This document shows, piece after piece, positions 52,590 to 64,000 of a DNA stretch of 64,000 nucleotides (its first letter is position 1; each line of letters opens with the position of its first letter). The stretch comes from Kudoa neothunni (taxonomy: Eukaryota > Animalia > Cnidaria). The notes below the pieces were generated by a model. That model worked only from the letters and a program-made list of their open reading frames with translations, made no database searches and was not told the DNA's origin. The stretch spans positions 883,616 through 947,615 of the forward strand of contig OZ199839.1 in the NCBI GenBank assembly GCA_964304625.1, read 5' to 3'. Made by a program: the position numbers and the translations under genes.

Positions 52590-54816
52590 CCACCTTCCGA
52601 GTAAAATGGTGGATTTCATCTTTAATTTTTTACCTCAAATCTAAGTGTAAAATTTTGTATATTCCATCTAATCTTCTAACGTTTTATATTACATAATCTA
52701 CCGGAATAAAAGTTTTTTTGTAAAATAAAATATAACGCAAAAATAAATATCCTCCGGGTAAAATTGGGGTATTTTTACATCCCACATTTTTTTGATTAGA
52801 TTATTCCGAATAAAAAATAATATTTTTCTGTTAAATTTGATACATTTTCGTTGACAAATTATTGTTTAAATAGACATATTGTAATGCGCTCTCCAATCGG
52901 ACATTGATGAAATGAGCTCTAGTGAATATAATGACAGATGTTCTGATACTGATTCTTCTGATATGGATTATTCCTTTATGCGTGATACGTAATCAGATAA
53001 TTCGGAATTTGAAACCAATTCTCCGTCTAACTCTTTAATAGATAAGAATGGAACCTTACGGGCAATTGAAAAACTCTCGACTTCTAGAATGGTAGCCGAA
53101 AATATTTTGACCAGTCGTACTGGTGTTTCATCTTTCGTTTTACAGAATTTAAATGAAATTTTTGATACGTTTAAAGTGATTTTTCGCCAGGAAATGTATG
53201 ATTTAATTTTAAAACACACAAATCAATACGGTAAAAAATTTTTTGGTGATGCTTGGAAGCAATTAGATAGTGTCGAATTCGATGGATTCATCGGATGTTT
53301 ATTGTTAATGGAAATATTTGACGATAATCAACAACCAGTCAAAGAATTGTTGTTTGGGTTAGAAGAGGGAAGACAAGTTTATCGTGACCTATTTTCTTTA
53401 AATAGATTCCCACAAATCAATAGAGCTCTTCATTTCGATGAATTAGAAACATAAGAGACAAGAAATACATCAGATAAATTTAGTCACATTCGTGAACTCT
53501 GGGATATCCGGGTTGACTCGCTTATCCAGTGTTTTCGACCTACTGAGAATCTTTGCATCGACGAGCAACTTGTGGCTTTTAGAGGTCGTTGTAAATTCAA
53601 ACAATATTTACCAAATTTTTGCCTTCAAATATGACCTAATTTTTTTTTAATCACTGACCCAAAGTCAACGTTTGTTTGCAATGCGATTTTCTATTTTAGA
53701 GATTAATATCAAATTGATACGAGGGCTGTGAATGTTGGTCGGAATATTTTTTTAAAGTTGGTGAAACCATTTGAACGTTCTGGTCGAAATGTGGTATGTG
53801 AAAACTTTTTCACGTCGGTTGGGTTATCGGAAGAATTGGTACAAGAAAAACTTACGATTCTTGGAACGATGCGTTCAAAAACGATAGAGATACCACCATA
53901 TTTGAGGCCAGATAAAACGACTCCTCTTCATTCATCTCTTTTTGTTTTTAATAACAAAAAAATGATGCTAAGATATATGCTTTGTTCGTTCTCAACAAAC
54001 ACCCAAATATCAACAGAAAGGCCACTAAAACCCGATGTCATAATGCATTACAATGCAGTAAAAGGCGGAGTTGATACGATTTCCAGATTATTGGCAGCAA
54101 TAAATGTGAGACGAATATCTTGTCGTTGGCCGTTAATTGTTTTCTTTAACATGGTTGATATCAGTCTGATTAATGCGTTTTGTATATACAAAAATTTATT
54201 CCCTTCATCAAAATTACTCCGGAGGGAATTTTTGAAAATGATGGCAACCCAATTGACACATCGACTGCTTTTGAGACGGAAACAAAATATGACAGCTAGT
54301 GAAGATTCCTCTCTAATATCTGTCATAATTGGACAAAATAGTTATGGGATATGTCGATTTTACTATAGGAAAATGATAGAAAAACCAAAAAAAATTCTAC
54401 ATTTGTGCTTCATCTTCCTGCAAATTCCATTCCAATCATGTTTGTTTTAACCGATAACTATAAACTATATGTCAATTTTGTCTTTTTATTTATTATTGTT
54501 ATTCTTTTGTTCGAATACTTAAAAAAATAATTCTGATGCTGCTTAATAGTTTTCCTAGATTAGAAAATGGAATCATGTAAACGTATTGTCCATAAACATT
54601 CTACACCGGGTGATAAATATTGATTTGCGGACATGCGCAGTTCGTGCTTAGCTTGAAATATTGGTCTATAATTTCAAAGTTAGTCGATAAAAATTCTTCC
54701 AAATTTACAAAAATAATTATTTTTGCATTATAAATCGTTTAATTTAAAAAAAATGTGGAGTATAAAAATACACCAATTTTACTCGAAGAGTGTAAATTTT
54801 CCAGTGACTTAGAAGG
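52590..54816 (+). mobile_element. piggyBac transposon with degenerate transposase
   Basis: TTAA at 52586 and 54817; subterminal inverted repeats ~52751-52795 / ~54746-54790; motifs LCIDEQLVAFRGRC, RNVVCENFFTSV, YNAVKGGVDT, RWPLIVFF; stops and frameshifts. Confidence 0.88.
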
Positions 54817-55341
54817 TTAATTACGTGGTTTATCTAATACACACAATTTATTCATTTTAATTAATACTGTGAAGAATAGGTTTTGAAAAAGTGCGTAATT
54901 TTTTGACTGAACCGTTAAAACCCATATAAAATTATAGAAGTTTTTATGTAAAAGTATACATATTTTTAAATATCCCTTGAGAACGTTTTCAAAATTAGTA
55001 GCAACCTTTTAAAGGTTATAAAAATTTGGTTCGCTATCAAAAAAATAGATCATATTTGGTTTTTAAAAGTACATATTCATGTTGGTAGATCAAACAATGT
55101 TCTAAAAGATAAATATTTATTTTACATCCAGACCGTTTAAAACAAAAATATTGATATTTTAGCTTTACTACAAGAGGTGTGAATGGTTACTGTTGATTTT
55201 GATTGATAGCTAATTATTTTGTTTAGATAAATTGTTCGTTTACATATCTCAAAATATTGAAGCCTAATTTGCTCAAATCAAACTAAAACGTTTAATTTCC
55301 ATTAATGGGAAACAAATAAACCAATAAAATATAACTTTCTC

Positions 55342-55877
55342 CAGGGCTGCTAGAGCTTGGGTTTTTATTGTAACCCTGTAAACATTAAATAATAACATAA
55401 TTTTTTATGTGAGGTACTAATATTTACATTATTAAAAACGTATCTTCTTCAGATTATATCATGCTGGGTTTAAAAGTTTACGATATTGAATGACAGAATT
55501 TTAGGTAGTTTAACAAGGCACAATTGCATAATTACACAGTAAACAATGTCGCACGTTATCACAAAATTTAAACGCTATTTTAAAATATATCTTGAACTAC
55601 AAAGTAATTAATTGTGAGCGTATTGATCTATACTAGACATTAAGTATGAGTGAGTATTCGTGCGAAAAAATTGCAATAATGTGACTTTAAATTTAAATTT
55701 AATATTCGAATACGTAATTATACAATCGGAAGATGACAAAAAACTTTAATAGGTACGATTTTATTTTATCGCAGAACTTTAAACCAGCGTTTTCTCAACT
55801 TTGAGTGTTTTTTTCTTAAAGTTGGGTTTTTTACGGTCCATCCTTGGGTTTTCTGTAAAACCCTGTTGGCAACCCTG
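55342..55877. mobile_element. MITE with CAGGG(C/T)TGC ends (hAT-like, tentative)
   Basis: CAGGGCTGCTA ... TGGCAACCCTG inverted ends; imperfect 8-bp flanks ACTTTCTC / ACCCTCCC. Confidence 0.5.
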
Positions 55878-55985
55878 ACCCTCCCCTATAATGCACATAC
55901 GCAAGTGATGGGTATTATGAGGTTCCTTTGTATAGCGAGATTTTTTATCGGTCCCATAAAACCTCGCTATATTCAGGTTCGACTA

Positions 55986-56767
55986 TATATATATATATAT
56001 ATATGAAGTAGTGGTGTCCGTGTGTTTGCACTAACCTTCTCCTCATACAGAGACTTTCTTTAGTATTTGAGATTATTTTTGTACTTTAAAAATACAGAAT
56101 TAACTACGAAAATACAACGGGGTTGTCTTCTTTCTTATAAAGTGGTGAATTTGTAGTGGAAACTTTTTGTAAACAGATTAGCGCTGATAATAATAAAGTT
56201 ATAAGAGCATGTGATTTCCTAATAGGTTCAGTGATATGCGTCGATAACTCTAAGTTTCTGTATGTGTCATTGCAGTTGAAACTTTGAAAATTTACTCTTT
56301 TCTACTTTTGAACGTACTTAAGACGATCTGCAATATTCGTTCTTATGTAGGCGGGAACTCGGTGTAAACGCAGATTTGTTGTTTAAGGAGGAGATTAATA
56401 CATGTGAATAAATTATTTACATTGCACATTTAATTAATGATAAAAAGCTTTAAATAAACATAAAATGATGACAGCACATTATAATTAAAAGCAACATTGT
56501 TAACAAACTTTTAGATTAGTTGGTTAAAGTGATTAACACGCCACATGAGTTGTAAGACCTTACGATTTCTAAATGAAAATAAAGTCCAACAAAGAATAAA
56601 GTGGAGATGATCGGGTTTATTGCTATTTATACCTAATAACGCTGTCATCAAAAGGACGATAAATAATTATAATTGACTTTGAACCTAAAATGACCTTTTC
56701 TCTACTCAAGGCTGTAGTTTGCGTGGCCAAACTAGGAGGCACACACCAAGGGGGATTTTCGCGCTAG
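55986..56767 (+). mobile_element. Non-autonomous Helitron-like repeat, copy A
   Basis: Starts in (TA)n followed by GTCCGTGTGTTTG, ends GGATTTTCGCGCTAG before T; internal similarity to ~59370-59900. Confidence 0.45.
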
Positions 56768-56768
56768 T

Positions 56769-59700
56769 ATATATATATATATATATATATATAACGCCGT
56801 AGTCTCCGTGTATCTGTCAATGTTTGTGCAAAAATTTTGGCTATGGTCGAACCTGTGGCTCTCTCATTTTTTGCATTTTTTACAATTTTTTCGTCGAGGG
56901 TGGCTCTAAAAAATCTTATATGCTCTTATCAGCTATATTGTATCAAAAATTCTTACAAAATTATAAAAATTAATTTTTCTTCTAATCGCATATATAATGG
57001 TAAATTCAACAACATAATCCTCATGTTAAACACAAGTTTTTATATTTCACTATGAAGGAATATGAATGTGATTACTATTCATGCACTAAAATGTTTATTT
57101 TATTTTTCCATGTTATTATAATGAAAATAAATTAGTAATAAGTCATTATAAGCGGTTGTGGTTCATGCGTGTAGAAAATTGAAACTTTCTCCAACCTCAT
57201 AGCATTTTTTCATTTTTATTTTATCCTATTTAAAGCTGTATAAATATTTCTAGTATTATGAATTTTTATTGTCGAAACGCTACACTATTAGAGGAAATTA
57301 TTGTGTGTTGTTTGATCAATTGTTTCCTAAACTGTGCTTAAAGTGTGATTATTAATTAGAAAATTTGTAATTAACTAAAATAATAGTTATTAAAAAAATG
57401 AATAATTGAAAATAATCATTAGAAATGAAATTTATTTTGATGGATTATTATTAATGGAAAGTTTATTATATTATATTTATATGTATAGATCAATTTTCAA
57501 CATTGATTTTTTATTCGTCGTTAATAGTAATGTATTTAATTTTGTTGTTACTAAATTTCTGTTTGCTTCATATTATTGACTTATAATTGAACAGAGAAAT
57601 ACAGATGTTGAATTAAAGCTTTAATTAAATTAACTAAAACCTACAATAATATTCTAATTTTTCTTTGCCTCAAATTTAGGTACAACTTCGAAATAAAATA
57701 CATATTTTATTTTTTCATGTTTTAAACAAATATTTTTTGGAATATAATATTAATTTAATTGTTATGTTTCAATGATGTCGAATATTAGTACTTTTATGTA
57801 ACAAACAAAACTCAGATTAAATATTCTTAATTTGTTATTTGAAGGATTTTTATAAAATAATATTTTAAAATTCGTTCCTAAAATAGAAATCAATATATTT
57901 TACATATGAATACAAAGTATGATTAGTTTTTCCACCAAGGCATGATGGTGGGTTTCTCTCCTCTTTATTTGCAGTGATGCAATGGCAGAAACTTTTTTGA
58001 TTGAACAATTAATATTGAGAAAGTGATAGAAAACAAGGAATCAGGATGTTATATAACAAGTGATCTTTAAATATTGATTAATACCACAAAAACTTATTTT
58101 ATCCTTATTTTGTTTAATATTTATTTAATTTCAATGAATTATATTATGGTTGATATTGTTTTAAAAATAATACTCGTAGATGATAAATGATATACAGTGC
58201 TAGATGTTTATTGAACTAGGGATAATTATGAAGTTATGCATAACCATTCTTTGGGTATAAATCCCTCCGTGGACTGCGATTTTCGGCAATTGGGACGTTA
58301 AAAACATTTCCTAAAAAAAGAAAACTAACTGCTTGTTTTATAGCTGACACAAAAATCATCATCCTATAAGTGTGCCGTGTGCATTCGCAGTCGGAATAAT
58401 GAAAATGACAATCTTAGGAGAAGATGAATATTATGTTCTTGTGATCATTCGTCGGAAACTTTTTAAAAGTTATCAAAATTATTTTTCAGCTTTAATTATC
58501 TAAAAGTTTTGATACGAATAATAAATATCCAAGAATATAGCCTGCCTTCAATTATTGTATTTTAAATAGTCAAAGTATGAAATTTAATTTAAAAAAATAT
58601 TACTTAAAGATGATTTATAAACAAAATATTAATATTAATAGAAATCGAAATATACTATATTTAGATAATGAAAAATAATTTGATGTTAACAACTGATTAA
58701 ACAATAAAAAAATTAAAAAATCGGATTGTGTAATTGTGTTGATTTTTCATGAATTATTATCCATCAAAGAAAATTCATTTCTAAAGATTGTCTTAATTTT
58801 TAAATATCTTAAAAACTATTAAATTAGTTGTTTTTTACATTTTCCAGTTAATAATTACTTCTTAAAGTCAAGGTAAGGAGACAATTTACCAAATGACACT
58901 TAATAATTGACTTAAACGATAGAGCGTTTCAAATGGAAATATTTATAATACTAAAAATACTTATTTAACTTTAATTAAGCAAACATTGAAATGAGAAGTG
59001 TTATGAGTATGGAAGAACTTTTAATATCCTATATTTCCGAACAGCATTGCATTAATAATGACTTACTGTTAATTTTGTTCAAGTTATTTCATGTAAAAAT
59101 AATATCAATAGTTTAAATGCATTCACTGTAATCAAATTCATATTCTTTCATAATGAAATATATAAATCAATGTATAACATAAGGATTATGCTATTGACCT
59201 TCACCATCATATATGGGATTAAAAGGAAAAATTATTTTTATAATTTTGTAAATATTTTTGATACGCTCCAGATGAGAAGTGTATACAAGATTTTTTAGTG
59301 CCAGTTTCGACGAAAAAAGTCGTAAAAAACGCTAAAAATGAGGGAGCCACACGCTCCACAATTACCCAAATCTTCTCTTTATACAGACTTCTTCAAGACC
59401 ATTTAAGATTATTTTCATATTTTAAAAAATACTGAATTAACTAAAAAAATAAAATGTAGCTTTCTGATTGCTAATAAAGTGGTAAATTGGTAGTGTAAAC
59501 TTTTTGTAAGTATATCAGCGCAGATAATAATGGAATAATTTCATCATGTGACTTAATATAATAAAGTGATGGACGTAGATAACTTTTATTTCACCCAGCT
59601 GCTTCAACTATACAGTTGTGATATTATGTTTATTATTTGAGCATAGTTAAGACTTTCTATGGAGTTTTTGCTTGCGAAGGACGAAACAGTCGAAAAAACA

Positions 59701-60322
59701 CGTGATATTCAAACGAGGTATTAATCCTCGGGGAAAAATTATTATTTTGTTGTACGTTTAATTAACGCTGAATTGTGTTTATTATTTTTGTATGGATTTA
59801 ATTGGAAGTTAGTAAATTTTCTTTATGGGCAAATGCAACGTTATTTACAAATTTTAGATTAATGGGATAATCGATGGGTTAGCTAAAACTATAAAAATTT
59901 CAAACGTGTTTTACGAAATAGTGATTTTTAATTGTAGATAGAGTCCACTCCAAGCGAAAGTGATGAGTACTAGGATATTGCTGTTTATTTTTATTAAAAT
60001 TGTTTTTAAATGGACGGTATTATTACTTGATTTTCGTTTAATATTTTAATCGTCGGGCAAGTTGCAAAATAAAGATTATTTTTATCCTTTAAGTTATTCT
60101 AATAATTCAACCAACCCTGAGTCGAAGTCGGGTATTTCGACACAACCTAAATTCTTATTTTACTTAACATGATCGTCAAAAGGATGATGTTATAAACAAA
60201 ATTATGAGTTTATTCTATTCAGCAAAGTGGTTATATAAAGGGATTAATATATTTTTTAATTTTTCAAATTTTTTTTATTTAAATTAACTCGCTTCTAGGC
60301 AAAGGGTGGATTTTCGCGCTAA
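56769..60322 (+). mobile_element. Helitron-like repeat, copy B, split by a long-TIR element
   Basis: (TA)n...CTCCGTGTATCTG start, similarity to copy A resumes at 59368, ends GGATTTTCGCGCTAA. Confidence 0.45.
56839..59367. mobile_element. Long-TIR (foldback, Mutator-like) DNA element, ~450-bp diverged TIRs
   Basis: ~56839-57290 is an imperfect reverse complement of ~58915-59367 (TGTGGCTCTCTCATTTTT / AAAAATGAGGGAGCCACA; CATAATCCTCATGTT / AACATAAGGATTATG). Confidence 0.75.
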
Positions 60323-60469
60323 TTGAATTTAAATGTATCATTTGTGTAATTGCGATTTTTTGGCGCGAACACACATTCCTAATTAATGCCTAGTACAACT
60401 CAATATGCTCACAGTTAATTACTTCGGAGTTCAAGGTAAATTTTTAAATAACGTTTAATGTTCGAATAA

Positions 60470-61706
60470 CGGTCTTTTCATCCAAACTGGACAACGTGAC
60501 AACCAAGCCGGACGGCACAATTGTTAAGCAAATAAAAGCGTGGCAATTAATATAATTAAAATATCATAATGCCAAGAGAGATTGTATCGAATGATTTACG
60601 AAAGAGGGTCACCATGCTTATACTTGATGTGGGAAAACCCCTTTGTTTAGTATCGCGCGATTTAGGTATACCTAAATCAACTTAAGTGCTATGATAAAAA
60701 GGAAACAACTCCATAATACGTACAAAGATTGCATGAGAGGTGGTTCAAGACGTGAAAAAATTACAAATGAAATAGTAGTCCAGTTGCTTCGCCTAAGCGA
60801 CGACGATTGTAAGATCAGCTTACAACGTATGATCGAACACTTTAGTTTGGACGTGTGCCAAACAACTATATGGAGGTGGCTCATAAAATGAATATCACAT
60901 TCAAAATGATGAGGCAAATACCTCCAAGCAGTAATTCTCTTGACGTAAACACGAAAGAAGGAATTACGCCAATTGGTGTATCAGTCATCCAATAAAAATA
61001 CGCTATGAAAAACTGATGTTTATTGATGAAAGCCCGTTTCGTTTCATTTGCTACGCTCACAAGGGCCCTCTCTTATTGGAACACTCCTAATCCTGTGGTG
61101 ATTAATAGTAGAGGTCCTAACGTAACAATGATCCTTGCAGTGAGTGCCATAGTATATTCTACTGTGAAGTCATTACCCATTAATGGGGGGGGGGGTTAAT
61201 TGTGAAGTATTTCAAACATTTCTAAAAAAGTAAACGACATGCTGGGCAGGGGGATTGCACTACTGTTATGGGATAACGTCCCGATTCCATCATTCTAACA
61301 TGGAATTCTGTGATGATTACCCATATGAGATTAAATATCTACCTGGATATTCTCCATTTTTAAACCCATGCGAGGAGGTATTCTTCCGAATAAAAAACAA
61401 CACCCATAAGGATGGTTCAATTCAAGGTAATAACGACCAAATCGAAATATGACAGCTTCCACCCAATCTGTGACTGAAGATGATTTAAAAAATTATTTCC
61501 AACATAGCGAAACCTTTCTCAGTTATTGCCACATCTTAGGGGACGTTCCCAGAGATAAATCTAATTGAACATATGTATATATATATATATATATATATTT
61601 TATTATATTATATTTAATGCTTATTTTTTATATGAAATGAAAGCATAGAATTTTGAATTCTGGTCCAATTTAGTAAATTTGTCCGGTTTTAGATGAAAAA
61701 CCCGGG
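60470..61706 (+). mobile_element. IS630/Tc1-like transposon, degenerate (DDE_3-type transposase ~60569-61560)
   Basis: N-terminal HTH-like region, TIWRWL, MFIDESPF, LWDNVP, YLPGYSPFLNPCEE; inverted segments TTTTCATCCAAACTGGACAA / TTGTCCGGTTTTAGATGAAAA. Confidence 0.82.
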
Positions 61707-61849
61707 TAATGTGCTACCGTGTTTTACTGAGTGATTATGCAATCGTGCCAGATTAAACAATCTAATGTGCTGACGTACAATATCGTAAATGTTCAAACCA
61801 TGCAAAATATAACCTGAATAGGGTACGTAATCGAAAATATAAATATTAA

Positions 61850-63023
61850 CCCTTCGCGGCATATACAACAAACATTACTCGAACGCGTGCCTGAGATACA
61901 TGGACTCCAGGCGGTGAAGTTGGTTTTATTTTGTGGCATACTATTTAAAATATTTAATTTTGAAAAAAATTCCCACGTATAGTATTGGAAAATTATTTAC
62001 ATAACGAATTGAAGCTGTTAAGACAAGTAGTTCTCGTTTTTCTATCATTTTGACGAACACAGAGATGACGCCCGTTTTTTTTTTGAAAATATTGGTAGAT
62101 TAATGCATGAACTTATGTTTATTGCTTCTATAAAATCTTCAAATGGATATATAATTATTTTTTACCTTTTTGTTGATTTTCTCTTCTTTATGTTGCAAAA
62201 GAAACGATTTCAAGAAATCTTTTCGTCGTACTGGACTTCCTGCTTTCACACAATATAATAAATACATCTGCGTTTGTTGACATTATATCTGAAAAATGTG
62301 GAATATAACCACTGGCCATCTTCTAGTTGTTCGATAGGTTACGTAGTTAATAAAAGTTTGACCGACTGTGTCTATTCCTTTCTATGCAAACGAAAATAAT
62401 TTCTGGGAGTTTTTTTGGATGTTCCCCATTTATTATTGGCCTAGGATATAATGAGCTTAACAAACTAATGGAATTTTAAAATTAGAAGTTATTTTAGGTA
62501 TACCATTTGTGGAGCCAATAATATTGTTTAACATTTTATCCTTGAAAAATTAACTCTAAGTGTCATTTTCTATAATAACATTATCAAGAATATCGATTTT
62601 ATGTTTATGATAATATTGTTTTCCTCTTTTTAGAAAATGGTTTTACATGTTAAACAGACAATTCGGAACTTTTACCACAAAACTTCTCATCGTTTGACTT
62701 AAAAATTTCTCACATTGAACGATTCATAATTAAGTCATCTTAATTTTTATTTTCACGATATGAAAAAATGGATTCATCGCTTGTATCCACCGAGCAATTT
62801 TCATAACAAGAGTTGCTGCTACAAGATTCCATGTTCGACACATTTGAATTGTCATTTTAACGGCTAAAATTGTTTTAAAAATTATTTATTATCTTGAAAC
62901 AGTTAAATAGACAATAATATGCAGTGAAAAATTTTTTAAAAGCAAAATATGACTCTAGTTAAGATTTTATAACAAATTAATTTCATGTGGGGTCCAATTG
63001 AACAGCATGCGTCCTCTGAAGGG
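61850..63023 (-). mobile_element. Internally deleted piggyBac element
   Basis: TTAA-CCCTTC...GAAGGG-TTAA ends; minus-strand remnant KGIDTVGQTFINYVTYRTTRRWPVVIF...RRKDFLK and a Cys-rich tail remnant (CVRQNDRK). Confidence 0.75.
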
Positions 63024-63808
63024 TTAATACCGCAAATAAAAAAGAATTTGCATTATTATTCAATGTTTTCTGGTTTTCAATAAAAAAAAGATATTTTAAA
63101 AAATGAAAATATCCCCAAGCTCTGGCAGCCCTAGCATTATCCAGAGTATGCATTAAATGAGAGGCCATTTCAGTGCGCAATATCCAGGTTTTGCTACATA
63201 GGACGAAATTATTAAATTTTTCGCGTATTACATTGAATAATAAACATAATTTGTTTGGAATAAACCAATAAATTTATCAGGTAACATTAAATCATTACAG
63301 AATATCCAGGGACGATTGTATATTTATTTTCTGATGATAGTTAGATCACGAAACCAATGGAGTAACGATATAATTTTAAAAAAAGTAGTTCTGGAATAAT
63401 AGCAGCTTCAATTCGTGAGAAGTAAAATTGCATGAAGCAATCGAAAATCATCATGAAACTATCTTTCGTTTGTTCTAAACGATTTTCATTAACTACTAAT
63501 TAAATAACCCACTCAAGTTGTTTTAACCTAATTTAAATTAATATAAATATCGTAATATCTAAATGAATGCTTGTCGCGGACAAAGTATTAAGTCATACAT
63601 TATCGCATTTTTACTCAGAGGTTATAATTTTATTGAGTGAATTACCTGAATATATAAAAGTTCGGGACAAACTCATACACCCAAATAAAAAAATGAAACG
63701 CAAACGAAGAAAAGACCACATTAAATAGGATTGATTAAAAATATACAAATTGAATTGGGTTATTCACACAATCAACTAAATATTCAGGATCTAATAAAGC
63801 CACATTTT

Positions 63809-64000
63809 TCAATAGAATATTTTTTTCACCAACAGATACAATTGTTGGTCCATTCCGATGCGTTGAAGTTTGTTCACATCACCTGTAATATTCATGAGTA
63901 GACCACCAAAGCTAACAAAAATGGACCTAAAACCAATCCAAGAAACAAAATTAAAAATGTGGGGCATACACTTTTGGGATGGCCGAATCTGCATGAAATG
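63809..64000 (-). CDS. POLR2H: RNA polymerase I/II/III subunit RPB8, 3' end (last exon 63809-63926; intron 63927-63969)
   Basis: VSIFVSFGGLLMNITGDVNKLQRIGMDQQLYLLVKK matches the RPB8 signature YVSYGGLLM...GD...YLL.KK. Confidence 0.88.
   Translation of the reverse strand, partial: HFMQIRPSQKCMPHIFNFVSWIGFRSIFVSFGGLLMNITGDVNKLQRIGMDQQLYLLVKKIFY

Larger units (their letters stand above)
51914..55985 (+). mobile_element. pogo/Tigger-family element, decayed, with nested insertions
   Basis: TA-CAGTCGGACCTGGGTAAAGCAAGGTT is inverted relative to AACCTCGCTATATTCAGGTTCGACTA-TA; DDE_1 remnant SCIQSMDVGIIHYLKCHYR at ~52290-52350. Confidence 0.7.

Noticed and set aside
62983-63180. ORF containing LDNARA, resembling a Tc1 catalytic motif
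   Set aside because: The motif overlaps the dispersed AGGGCTGCCAGAG terminal repeat and the ORF crosses a piggyBac end; other Tc1 motifs are absent.
1-64000. tRNA, rRNA or other ncRNA genes
   Set aside because: None recognisable by eye; tRNAscan-SE and Infernal would be needed to exclude them.

Overview
AT-rich eukaryotic genomic DNA with many tiny (~35-65 nt) GT-AG introns. A compact parasitic animal, possibly a myxozoan cnidarian, is inferred from intron size and a cnidarian-like WSC-type domain; this is not proven. From left to right: (1) a pseudogenised secreted mucin/WSC-like gene (10-10414, -). It is split by a Mag-type Ty3/Gypsy LTR retrotransposon (1594-9742, TSD GTCTG), which is in turn interrupted inside its integrase by a second, intact and very compact Gypsy element (4883-8801, TSD CCCAA). 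The inner element has 98-bp LTRs that supply both the start and the stop codon of its single gag-pol ORF. (2) A ~1,900-2,000 aa type I membrane protein gene (13045-19959, +) built from about 18 Cys-stapled FN3-like modules arranged as three ancient ~2.1 kb copies of a five-exon unit. (3) An apparently intact paralogue of the mucin/WSC-like gene (25800-28423, -). (4) Calnexin (30314-35717). (5) An uncharacterised membrane-protein gene, a WW/PDZ gene and the 3' end of RPB8/POLR2H. (6) Many decayed and nested DNA transposons (piggyBac, pogo, Tc1-like, Merlin-like, long-TIR, Helitron-like) and an ~800 bp A/T microsatellite. The best candidates for something undescribed are the LTR-encoded-start mini-Gypsy, the triplicated Cys-FN3 surface receptor and the surface-protein cluster around it. 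All gene models were traced by eye.
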